Positions 12,803 to 23,001 of a stretch of 64,000 nucleotides of DNA are shown in pieces. Within the stretch, counting starts at the first letter, position 1; every line of letters starts with the position of its first letter. The DNA comes from Lepidodermella squamata (taxonomy: Eukaryota; Animalia; Gastrotricha), in NCBI GenBank assembly GCA_047495785.1, contig JBLDXI010000010.1, forward strand, positions 2,356,001 through 2,420,000, given 5' to 3'. The translations under genes and the position numbers were made by a program. Below the pieces are notes generated by a model. That model searched no databases. It was not told the origin of the DNA and saw only the letters and a list, made by a program, of their open reading frames with translations.

Positions 12803-12875
12803 CGACGCTGATGGGACTCGAACCCACAATCTTCGGATCCGAAGTCCGACGCGATAGCCATTTCGCCACAACGCC
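12803..12875 (-). tRNA. tRNA-Arg(TCG)
   Basis: Cloverleaf, TCGGA CTTCGGA TCCGA. Confidence 0.93.
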
Positions 12876-13566
12876 CGTTCAGAAGTTTAGCGGCTGAGAA
12901 TCAAGTATGTAGTGATTTGTTGGAGTGTTTTTGACATCCAGCATACCGAAGAGCGAGCAGCTTTTTTCGGTTCTATAGTTCAGTTGTTAGAGTTCACTGC
13001 GAGCAGAGAGAGCAGAGAGCTGCTTAACCAGCGCACTCTCTTCTCGATAATAAGCGATACTATATCTCGTCTCGATAATAAGCGAGGCCCAATTGAACCC
13101 TCGATTCATTATCCCTGCGGCTTTGGTGCCGTTTCGGTCTATCCTTCGATCGTCGGTGGAAAGCCATTGGAAATTACCGGTGAAATTGGCTGAGAGGTGC
13201 CACAGCTCGCAGCGCAACATAAGCATATGCTTGGTTGATTCCACGCTCGATTCCACGCTCGATAGGCTCGATAGGCGATGTAGCCGCTCCGCGCACCGCA
13301 AGTTCCCCGGCGCGCAACTTCATCCCCGTAATTCCGCATTTTATCACCGGTGACGACACCTTTGTTAGTGTTTTTCTGATAGCATTTCAAGCATTTAATA
13401 AGGCAGCCGGCGTCATTTTTTCTAAATATGGCTCAATTAGACGTATGCGCTAAGCCTAAACAAGCCATTTTTATGCCGTTTTTCGCAGATCTTAAGCGTT
13501 TAACCCCGGAAACTTTCACCTAAGTGCGGTTATACCTTGCGGAAACAGTGTTTCTAAGTACAGTAA

Positions 13567-13867
13567 CATTGTGTTTGAGGTTGTAAGTTGAAAAAAATCT
13601 GCACGCTGATTGGTCAGTTGGCTCGTATCCATGACTCCGCCTTGCTACTTGATCGTGCGATCCATAAAATGTTTGCAAAAAATATCTTTTTATGAATGGT
13701 TTTACGCATTTGTTGGAAACGCGTGCAACGATACGGCCTTCATAAAAATAATAAAAGCCACAAATTATATAGATCGCACGATCAAGTAGCAAGGCGGAGT
13801 CATGGATACGAGCCAACTGACCAATCAGCGTGCAGATTTTTTTCAACTTACAACCTCAAACACAATG
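13567..13867. mobile_element. Palindromic MITE with 96-bp perfect TIRs (CATTG...CAATG), possible 2-bp AA TSD
   Basis: 13567-13662 is the reverse complement of 13772-13867; 109-bp spacer. Confidence 0.88.
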
Positions 13868-14030
13868 AATGTATTCTCTACAAGATTACCACAGCCGTTT
13901 TTGTAGGATGATGGTTATTTTTAGCACGTCTGCCCTAACCGCCAGCCGGTCTTTCAGAGCATAGATCTCATTATCACCATCTTCAAGGAGGTCTATGCCT
14001 TCAAATCACCCGTCAAAAACACTGTCTCTC

Positions 14031-15135
14031 ATTGTTTTCTTGTAAAGCAGAGTAAATACTACTTAGTTACCGTTACTTTTTGGAGGGTCACCGCGGTTTT
14101 TCACTTGCTGCTGCTATGGATGCATTCTGTCGATAAATGGAGTTTTTCGGGATATTCGGAACATTTACAATGTTAGCAAACAATTCAGCGGTCAAATGGG
14201 GGCTCAAATGAGTGAATTCACTAGGAGACATAAATACTTTGACAATGAAACAAGAAAAAGTCGGTGTTGCCATACTAACTCGTGAGCAGGAGGGACTTCC
14301 TTCTGCCATACCTGCTGTGTTAGATCTCATCCTCTTGTTAGATGAACGATCTTCAAGATGGTCCATGTCATGAATTTTGCTTAATTAGCATTGTTACTCA
14401 TTGTTTTCTGGTAGAATAGAGTGTAAATTTCTTAGTTACCATGTCTTTTTGGGGGGTCACCGTGGTTTTTCTCGTTTTACAGCTTAGGATGCATTTAGAC
14501 GTTAAAATGGAGTTATTCGGGTTTATCGGAACATTTATTGATGCTGGGAAATAATCAACGGTCAGATATGGGTAAAATTGGGTGATTTTGCTTGGAGACT
14601 ATATCAATATGACGACAAAGCAGGAAAAAGCTAGTGTTGCCGCCGTAATTCGAGCGCAGGATCGACTTTCGTCTGCCCTACACACTCTGGTTAGACGTCA
14701 TCATTGAGTCAGATCAGCAACCTTAAGGATAGCCCATTTCATGAAATAATCTGGTAAGAACAATCTTTCTCACGGTTTTCTTGTAGAATAAACTGTATAT
14801 TTTTTTGTTACCATTACTTTTAGGTTGGACAACGCGGTTTTCCGCTTTAAGTGGCTTGGCATGCATTTTTCGGGTTTTTTCGGGTTTTTCGGGATATTTT
14901 TGGTCGTAGCAAATAATTTAGCGGTTAAATTTTGGCCAACATAAGTGAACTTGCTAAGAGAATATGTCAGTTTGACAATAAAGCAGAAAAATGCTGGTGT
15001 TGCCGCCCTAACTCGAGCGCTGGGTCGGCTTTCTGATACCATACCATCCTTGTTAGAGGACGTTTCAACGCGTTGTAGCCGCATTTCTTCGTCATTTGTG
15101 CGGTCATAAGAGGTCCATGCATGAATTTTACACAT
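14031..15135. repeat. Three diverged ~370-bp tandem repeats
   Basis: Units start near 14031, 14400, 14772 (gttttcttgta/gttttctggta...gttacc...gaaaaa..gtgttgcc...). Confidence 0.8.
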
Positions 15136-15929
15136 TATTTGAATACATAGCTATAGTCGGGCTAAAATTCTGCAAGTGACGTACTGTCGACGCTTTACAG
15201 TCACTGCTATTTGTTTCGAGCGGCCGCATTAGGGCTAAGGTCTGGAATCGTTTGTTTTCGCTATGGATACTTACTCTTCTGATTCTCCGAGAAATTCAGC
15301 GGACCGGACGCGTTATATTATTGCTATTTATTGCGTCGTGAAGTTACATCAATCAAATATCAAATAATTTTACCAGTAGAAATATTTACAAGAAAGTATC
15401 TATGCGAGCATGCCGGACTGTTAGGACATTTAGGACGTGTTGAAACCGATATCAGAAGGATGCATATCAAAAGACAAAGACCGGCGCGGTGCTGAACTTG
15501 TTTTTTAACCGCGGTCACACAAACAGTTACACCCGTCCGCAACTGCGGTTACCGCAGGGAAATGGATGACAGGACACAGGCATCCTCAGGGAATATTCCG
15601 GCCGCCGCCCCGCGCCGCTGCAAACGAGTGAACAATGTCTAAATTAAGCATGATGACTTCCACGTAAGGACGCGGTGTCACTGGTATGCTTGGTATGAAT
15701 GGCTTACCCAGCAATCCTTACTGAGACTTCGCCGCTTCAGACTGAGCCATCTAAGGATCTGATCTCAGACCTGTGCACCTTAAATGACGCGGCGTAGAGT
15801 GGGTGTCCATAGTTATGATGATTAGGACGGCAGTCCTTACTTAGACCAAGCTATGCTCACTTGTGAACCCCTATCCTTAGTAAGGAACATGACAACGTCA
15901 CGAACAGAGTAAACGAAATAAATTTAGCT

Positions 15930-16400
15930 GCTAAATCATTATAATCGAAAATACCTTGCATTTTCTTTTTGATATTAACATGTTCTGCGAGACAGTTTCG
16001 ATGATAACGGTGGTAAGGCATTTGAGATCAGCTTTGACTAGTCGGGAGGAGTTAACTACGGCATCACTGCGACGTATCACAACATCAGAATGAGAGGTTA
16101 TCAAATGTAAAGAAGGAAGGGAAAGTGTCTTCCGCATCAGCAACATCCATGCAATTAAATTAGACATGTTTTCGCCCGGCTTTCCGTCTATTTACATGAT
16201 ACCAATGCCCTTTTCATCGTGAAACAGCTGGTTGCATTGCATTTCGTCCATAAAAGGGTGCGTTTCTCTGATCCGCAGACTCAAACTTGAGCAACAATTT
16301 ATCAAGGCCGCTTGATATATCGTTAACATTCTCAATGACAGCAGAAAACCACGTTGCACCGCCGTTATTTTGATCCCAGCGGTGAATTTCAACGGCAAGG
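15930..16400 (-). pseudogene. Degenerate transposase-like relic
   Basis: LVKADLK / YHRNC in broken frames resembles the DLxAxDxxYHxxC motif of invertebrate DNA transposon ORFs; many stops. Confidence 0.3.
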
Positions 16401-16614
16401 AAGCGCAATTTAAGGCTCATTTTACCGATTTTGGGTATAGCACATCGCGATAACTGGTATAGCACAACGCAAGTGTTTTTGCTGTGTTTGAATGGGACAC
16501 GCCAATAAAAGGCATGGGCTGAAGTGAGGAAAATGATCAAATCTCTCAAGTTCAACTTTGTGTTATTCCGCCTCCGAGATATAAAACCGAAGCCACTATG
16601 TCGATCAAAATTAC

Positions 16615-17206
16615 ATCTAGTCTGGTGTAAACTTTCCTAAAATCCTCGTCGAATTGGGATAAAATTTGAGAAATTGATGACAAAAATGCTTCTTGTGATT
16701 TTTGGTGAAAAAGTTCATTTTTGAAAAATGCTAGGAATTAGACCATATTCCCAGCATGGCGTGATGTCAATCCCGCACCGTTAACCGAGAATTTCACTGT
16801 GGACCGGACAGAAACGTTTCTCAATATAACGAAATGAGATCCAAATGGGTTTTGACATTATTTCTGGAGGACTGCACCAAATTTGCAAAGCTGCAAGTTT
16901 CAGGTTGTGCAATTGTTGATTTTTGTGGAAATCGGCGACATGGATGACTATATAGTGGACCACCTCTCCACTAAATCTGAACCCTCTGACAAGAAAAATG
17001 GTTGCCACAAATCACATGGATGCAGAATAGCATTTTTCAAAAATTAACTTTTTTTACCAAATTTCTCACCAATTTTGTCACCAATTTCTCAAATTGTATC
17101 CCAATTTAACGATGATTTTGGTGACTGGTGAAACCCGCTCCTCAAAATTCATCATGGTTACGGAGTTATTAAAAAAATTCGAGGTACAAAAATTATCATC
17201 CGTACT
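16615..17206. mobile_element. MITE-A copy 2 (left end truncated, internal deletion)
   Basis: Matches 10213-10848 except ~46 bp deleted at GCTA microhomology. Confidence 0.85.
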
Positions 17207-17619
17207 TTAGATTGCACCTAAGATGTTTAGTAGAACACCAGCTACGCGGGCAGATAGTGTTTTCAAACAAGTTAAGCATCTGTCAAAATAAATAGCACCA
17301 GTGATCGATTCATGTGACCTGGCCGGTTATCCACATTGCTCTATATTATGTTTCCGCTTTTTGTTAAGATGAAAAGCATTTCGCCAGCAGCGTACATGCA
17401 TGGCTCATTCCTATTATACGTTTATTATATGTTTATTGCTGAAATTCCGCGAAGGTAATACCGCCCATTGTTTCAGCTGCTATCAATGACGCAAGTGTTT
17501 TTGCTGTGTTTGAATGGGACACGCCAATAAAAGGCATGGGCTGAAGTGAGGAAAATGATCAAATCTATCAAGTTCAACTTTGTGTAATTCCGCCTCCGAG
17601 ATATAAAACCGAAGCCACT

Positions 17620-17981
17620 ATGTCGATCAAATTCGCTATCGCCGTTATTCTGATTGCTGCTTACGCCGAAGGTAGGCTTATTATTTGTAATAATTGACTA
17701 CTTTGCCGCGTGTTCTAAAATATTGTGTGTTTTCAGCGACTAACCCCGAGGAGGTCATTTTCGGAATGTCATCTTCCAACTGCAGATCTGACTCAAATGT
17801 CATCGAGACCGTGTACTTCCCGATCGGTCAAGGGCCTTGCCGTTTAGCGTGCGCCGCACGAAGCAATTGCGCTGCTTTCAAGTACTTCACTGTAGATGGC
17901 GAGTGTTCTCTGCTGACTTCGTGCATTGGAAAGGGCTACACTAATTGGTCGGCTGGAGTACGCGACGCGATTAGATATTAG
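17620..17981 (+). CDS. PAN-A copy 2 (identical); exons 17620-17671, 17737-17981
   Basis: Same sequence as 11262-11623. Confidence 0.8.
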
Positions 17982-18269
17982 ACTCGCCTGAACAACGTTG
18001 CACCTTCGCTGACGTGGCTGACGTGAGAGCATGATGATGACGAGTCTATCTTGAAGTAAATAGTTGAGAGGCCGCGCATTTTTCACTTGTTAAGCATTTT
18101 TCGTGACCCACCATTGCGGTACACCCAAGCATCTATAGAGTTTACAATTTTACTGGAGAATCACTGCTATTTCCCAAGGGATGTTAAACAATTTCTTTCT
18201 CTTCTCCACGGGTTCACCGGAGAAAATGTAAATTTACGAGATATAAATCACGGGAAGGTATAAACCTTA

Positions 18270-18900
18270 AGTAAAAAAGAGAGCGACCGTATTTTGCTTC
18301 TAACAACAACTTTATTTTTAATTTTATGCGACGTTTCGGCCCTTGCGCGGACCATCATCAGGCTATAACAAAGAAAAAGCATAACAAGAATTAGTACAGT
18401 AAAAGGACGAAATCACAACAAAGAATCAGGATAAAATATCAAAATAGTTTCAATTTTATGGAGTCGGACAGCACGTTGAGGCTCACAGCAATCTTCGTTT
18501 TCTTAATGAGTAAGCTCTCGTGCACCAAGCAGTCCCATCTGTTACGACACTTGCGTAACACCCTGAAATGGGCATGAATATTGAAGCTATTCGGCAGTTT
18601 GTGAGTGGCCAGGTGTTTGCCAATTGAGCTTGACGAAAGTTTATGTTCCTCGACCCGTTGATGCAGGTGCCGTGAGGTCATACCGACATAGCCAGCGTCG
18701 CACTGGCCACATGAGAATTTGTACACGACACACTGGCGGTTGACGAGTTCAGGCTTGGTTTCCTTAGCACCAAAATGCTCGGCGATCTTTCGGCTAGTGA
18801 ACATGGCTTGAACAGCCACCTGGAGTTTTCCGGAAAGGTCATTCAGTCTTGATGTGACCTGTCGCATGACGAATGACGAAGTACCATACAAGGACGAGAA
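18270..18900 (-). mobile_element. Penelope-like retroelement 3' fragment, copy 2 (longer)
   Basis: GIY-YIG ORF 18439-~18900 plus pLTR with hammerhead. Confidence 0.9.
18325..18367 (-). ncRNA. Minimal hammerhead ribozyme, copy 2
   Basis: Identical to 11967-12009. Confidence 0.85.
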
Positions 18901-19681
18901 ATGTGCGCGACAGGTCACATCCAGCATACCGAAGAGCGAGCAGCTTTTTTCGGTTCTATAGTTCAGTTGTTAGAGTTCACTGCGAGCAGAGAGAGCAGAG
19001 AGCTGCTTAACCAGCGCACTCTCTTCTCGATAATAAGCGATACTATATCTCGTCTCGATAATAAGCGAGGCCCAATTGAACCCTCGATTCATTATCCCCT
19101 CGGCTTTGGTGCCGTTTCGGTCTATCCTTCGATCGTCGGTGGAAAGCCATTGGAAATTACCGGTGAAATTGGCTGAGAGGTGCCACAGCTCGCAGCGCAA
19201 CATAAGCATATGATTGGTTGATTCCACGCTCGATTCCACGCTCGATAGGCATTATTTAGTCATAATGATTGACTATTTCGCCGCGCGCTTTAAAACTTTG
19301 TATGATTTCAGCAGCTGAAGCCCAGCAGGTCAATTTTCAAATGTCATATGCCAACTGCAAATCTGACTCAAATGTCATCGAGACCGTGTACTTCCCGATC
19401 GGTCAAGGGCCTTGCCGTTTAGCGTGCGCCGCACGAAGCAATTGCGCTGCTTTCAAGTACTTCACTGTAGATGGCGAGTGTTCGCTGCTGAGTTCGTGCA
19501 TTAAAAATGGCTACACTAATTGGATTGCTGGAGTCCGCGACGCAATAAAAATCTTCGCCTGAACAAAGTATCGATTCACAGATGAATTGTTTTCTCAGTC
19601 CATTACAAATAACAAGCAGGCATTATCTTACCAACAGCTACTCACAGATAAATACTATTGAGGCTTAGCCATGAATCAATT

Positions 19682-20403
19682 AGTACGGATGATAATTTTT
19701 TGCCTCGCATTTTTTTAATAACTCCGTAACCATGATGAATTTTGAGGATGATGAATTTTCGATAGATCTAGTCTGGTGTAAACTTTCCTAAAATCCTCGT
19801 CGAATTGGGATAAAATTTGAGAAATTGATGACAAAAATGCTTCTTGTGATTTTTGGTGAAAAAGTTCATTTTTGAAAAATGCTATTTTCCAGGTTTTAGT
19901 AATTTTTGTCATTTTCCTGTCGTAAAGCTAAATTAGACCATATTCCTAGCATGGCGTGATGTCAATCCCGCACCGTTAACCGAGAATTTCACTGTGGACC
20001 GGACAGAAACGTTTCTCAATATAACGAAATGAGATCCAAATGGGTTTTGACATTATTTCTGGAGGACTGCACCAAATTTGCAAAGCTGCAAGTTTCAGGT
20101 TGTGCAATTGTTGATTTTTGTGGAAATCGGCGACATGGATGACTATATAGTGGACCACCTCTCCACTAAATCTGAACCCTCTGACAAGAAAAATGGTTGC
20201 CACAAATCACATGGATGCAGAATAGCATTTTTCAAAAATGAACTTTTTTTTTACCAAATTTCTCACCAATTTTGTCACCAATTTCTCAAATTGTATCCCA
20301 ATTTAACGATGATTTTGGTGACTGGTGAAACCCGCTCCTCAAAATTCATCATGGTTACGGAGTTATTAAAAAAATTCGAGGTAAAAAAATTATCATCCGT
20401 ACT
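19682..20403. mobile_element. MITE-A copy 3 (full length, same flanks as copy 1)
   Basis: 19590-20428 matches 10037-10873. Confidence 0.85.
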
Positions 20404-20459
20404 TTAGATTGCACCTAAGATGTTTAGTTTCCAATGCTGACTTCGTGCATTGGAAACTA

Positions 20460-20994
20460 TAACATTGCCTTTGAGACACAGGATTATAAATTATTAAGTT
20501 TATAATTTGATGAGATTAATTGATGAATTAATTGCTTGATTGATTGATTAGTTAGCGTCTTTGAGTAGGTTGGCTATTTGAGTAAAGATGATTATTCAGG
20601 ATCCTAATGCTATCCTTAAGGATTTGATGGGCCATATCAACAGCTGTACTGCTGCTGATTCCGTAATCTTGAAGTAATTGGATCGCTTCTTTGGTTAGCG
20701 AGCCCCGTGTGCCGATATAAAGGCCGTGTACTTCTATCGAGTCCAAATCAAAGGCTTCGCAGATGAACTTGCTACACGGCTCGTAGATCGAACGCTTCTC
20801 AATGTCGACATCTCCGAATTGACCTTCTGATGATTCAAATCTAATTGTGGGGTCGATGATTGCTCCATGTCTGCTTCCTCTTCGAAATGCCAATATATCA
20901 AAACGCCGAGAGGATCCGTTTTCGGCTATACAGTGTCCCTCTTCAGTGACGTTGTATCCTTGGCGTCGTAGTTCCAAAGCAATCTTCTGGCGGA
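20460..20994 (-). mobile_element. 3' fragment of an RLE-type (R2-superfamily) non-LTR retrotransposon
   Basis: RRFDILA...IIDPTIRFE...EKRSIY PD-(D/E)XK endonuclease motif, GLYIGTRG; AATC-rich 3' tail. Confidence 0.8.
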
Positions 20995-21005
20995 TTTTTA
21001 ATTTT

Positions 21006-21047
21006 AAGCGACGTTTCGGCCCTTGCGCGGACCATCATCAGGCTATA
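21006..21047 (-). ncRNA. Minimal hammerhead ribozyme, copy 3 (isolated 75-bp pLTR patch 20995-21069)
   Basis: Same core as copies 1 and 2. Confidence 0.85.
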
Positions 21048-21071
21048 ACAAAGAAAAAGCATAACAAGAGT

Positions 21072-21721
21072 ATGTTATCATACAAGCTCTCGGCGATAGC
21101 CGCTCGTGCTGAATTTTATCTGGCGAGGCGTCAGCCGAGTCAATAAAATTCTGACGAGGCGCCAGCCGAGTCCCAAAAAGACGAGGCGTAGCCGAGTCAG
21201 GGCACGAGCGGCTATTGCAGAGAGCGAGGATGCATAACAATTCGTATACAACACCAGATGTTGATCGTTTGACGATTTAAAAATGTTTGCTGAGAATCAG
21301 GTGGAGTTGCAATATTTACCAACGGTTGGGGCTAAAATTATGTATGTAGGGTAACATCATGTTGAAAAACAACACCTGATGTTGCTCGTTAATTTAGAAG
21401 CTCAATTGTTTCTTCATTTCATTTTGCAAAATTTGTTGGTCGATGCAACATCAATTTTCAGGACTAAACCTCAGCAAAAGGTACTCACCACGTGTTCCCA
21501 GAAAAACACCAATGGGCAAGAAGCTGCGCTTAGAGAGCTCCAAGAAAATTAAAAATAATCCTCAATTGGAAAAGTACCAGCTACTAAGATTTCGTGGGTG
21601 ACTCAAAAATTAAAAATGAATACTAAAACATGCTAACCTCGGCTGCGCCTCGGTCGGGGTTTAGAAATTATCCTCGGCCGAGCCTCAGAAAATGGCTCGG
21701 TTTCACCTCGCCAAATTCACT
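21072..21721. repeat. Unclassified repeat carrying CGAGGCG-N1-3-GCCGAG motifs at both ends
   Basis: Three motifs enclosed in an inverted repeat at 21073-21238; three reverse-oriented variants at 21637-21710. Confidence 0.5.
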
Positions 21722-21806
21722 GGTCAGGGAAAGTTTTTGAGCTTTGCAATGTCAATTGTAGGTTTTGGTACGCAAAAAGAGAGCTTGCCGCCGAAAAAGT
21801 CAAGCA

Positions 21807-21878
21807 AGGCTCAGGGGGGGATCGAACCCTCGATCTTCTGCTTACTAGGCAGACGCTCTACCACTAAGCTACTGAGCC
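21807..21878 (-). tRNA. tRNA-Thr(AGT)
   Basis: TCTGC CTAGTAA GCAGA; one T-stem mismatch shared with the 50131 copy. Confidence 0.88.
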
Positions 21879-21956
21879 GAGGCTGGGTATTTCTGCAGCA
21901 GTGGCACTATTCGCGTAGAGAAGCCTAGCCAGGTTATGAAATTTTGCGAGAAAAAT

Positions 21957-22029
21957 TGGAGGATACGGGCGTCGATCCCGTTACCTCTCGCATGCTAAGC
22001 GAGCGCTCTACCATGTGAGCTAATCCCCC
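21957..22029 (-). tRNA. tRNA-Ala(AGC)
   Basis: Cloverleaf, anticodon AGC. Confidence 0.93.
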
Positions 22030-22104
22030 GTGGTAGTAACCAGACGATTTTTTGCTGTCATTTCATATAGCAGCGGTTTCGGCAAATTGCCTTGAAAAAG
22101 CTTG

Positions 22105-22177
22105 CGCCCTCCGGGGGACTCGAACCCCCGACCCTGTGATTAAAAGTCACATGCTCTACCGACTGAGCTAGGAAGGC
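22105..22177 (-). tRNA. tRNA-Lys(TTT)
   Basis: Cloverleaf, anticodon TTT. Confidence 0.93.
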
Positions 22178-22274
22178 CCATGTTGATGGCGGCTGTTTAT
22201 AGAGCTGGTGAAGATTTCGACGCTGCTGAATTTCCAAGCGGCAATAAGCCGCCCTCACCTGGTGCAAAATTAGT

Positions 22275-22347
22275 CGACGCTGATGGGACTCGAACCCACA
22301 ATCTTCGGATCCGAAGTCCGACGCGATAGCCATTTCGCCACAACGCC
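22275..22347 (-). tRNA. tRNA-Arg(TCG)
   Basis: Cloverleaf, anticodon TCG. Confidence 0.93.
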
Positions 22348-22430
22348 CGTTCAGAAGTTTAGCGGCTGAGAATCAAGTATGTAGTGATTTGTTGGAGTGT
22401 TTTTGAGCCCAACACGACTGCAAAATAACT

Positions 22431-22512
22431 CGTCGCCAGTAGGATTTGAACCTACGCGCGGAGACCGCATCTGATTTCTAGTCAGACCCCTTAACCACTC
22501 GGGCATAGCGAC
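22431..22512 (-). tRNA. tRNA-Ser(AGA)
   Basis: TCTGA CTAGAAA TCAGA, long variable arm. Confidence 0.93.
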
Positions 22513-22664
22513 TTCCTGGCGGCTTCTTTCCGCTTTACGTCTATCCAGCTTCACTCGAGACTCGCCGCAGCCGCGTTCGAGATCGAGATCGAATTCAGCC
22601 AGTAGTAGCTTTCGATTCACATGCCGGGCTCGCTTAAGCACGTTGCACCAATCCCGCTCCGTCA

Positions 22665-22748
22665 GTCAGGATGGCCGAGCGGTCCAAGGCGCTGCGTTCA
22701 GGTCGCAGTCAGTTTCTACTGGCGTGGGTTCGAATCCCACTTCTGACA
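22665..22748 (+). tRNA. tRNA-Leu(CAG)
   Basis: CTGCG TTCAGGT CGCAG, long variable arm. Confidence 0.93.
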
Positions 22749-22824
22749 TTAACGTTTTTAAAGTCTAAGAGGTGGCATGCATAGAGGTGACAATACGCCG
22801 CGAATTAATAGCACTGTCACGAGC

Positions 22825-22897
22825 GGTTCGGTGGTGTAGTGGTTATCACATCTGCCTAACACGCAGAAGGTCGCCGGTTCAATCCCGGCCCGAATCA
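22825..22897 (+). tRNA. tRNA-Val(AAC)
   Basis: TCTGC CTAACAC GCAGA. Confidence 0.93.
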
Positions 22898-23001
22898 GCT
22901 GTAAGCTTTTTGGCTTGGCTTTTTACAAAAACCCGGCGTCGCTGTCAATAAATATACAAAAAATTGAACCGCCTGCCACTGTCTCGAGTTCTGTGTGACT
23001 C

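Larger units (their letters stand above)
16737..18773 (+). repeat. Near-identical duplicate of 10379-12415 (offset 6358)
   Basis: Direct comparison; identical ORFs in both copies. Confidence 0.95.
16598..19562 (+). pseudogene. PAN-B paralog disrupted by a 2.64-kb insertion (ATG stub 16598-16608; intron remnant + exon 2 at 19251-19562)
   Basis: Upstream region 16467-16608 paralogous to 11129-11272; exon 2 AAEAQQVNFQMSYANCKSDSN... has no attached exon 1. Confidence 0.7.

Noticed and set aside
12586-12861. ORFs overlapping tRNA clusters (also 22058-22641, 48442-52025)
   Set aside because: Chance translations of tRNA genes and spacers
15650-15724. C/D box snoRNA (ATGATGA...CTGA); also 61423-61451
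   Set aside because: No terminal stem or recognisable rRNA guide at the first site; the second is too short
16737-18773. 2-kb duplication as a simple haplotype assembly artefact
   Set aside because: The copies have distinct microhomology junctions, a private deletion, a private tRNA insertion and SNPs; artefact is unlikely, but long reads are still needed
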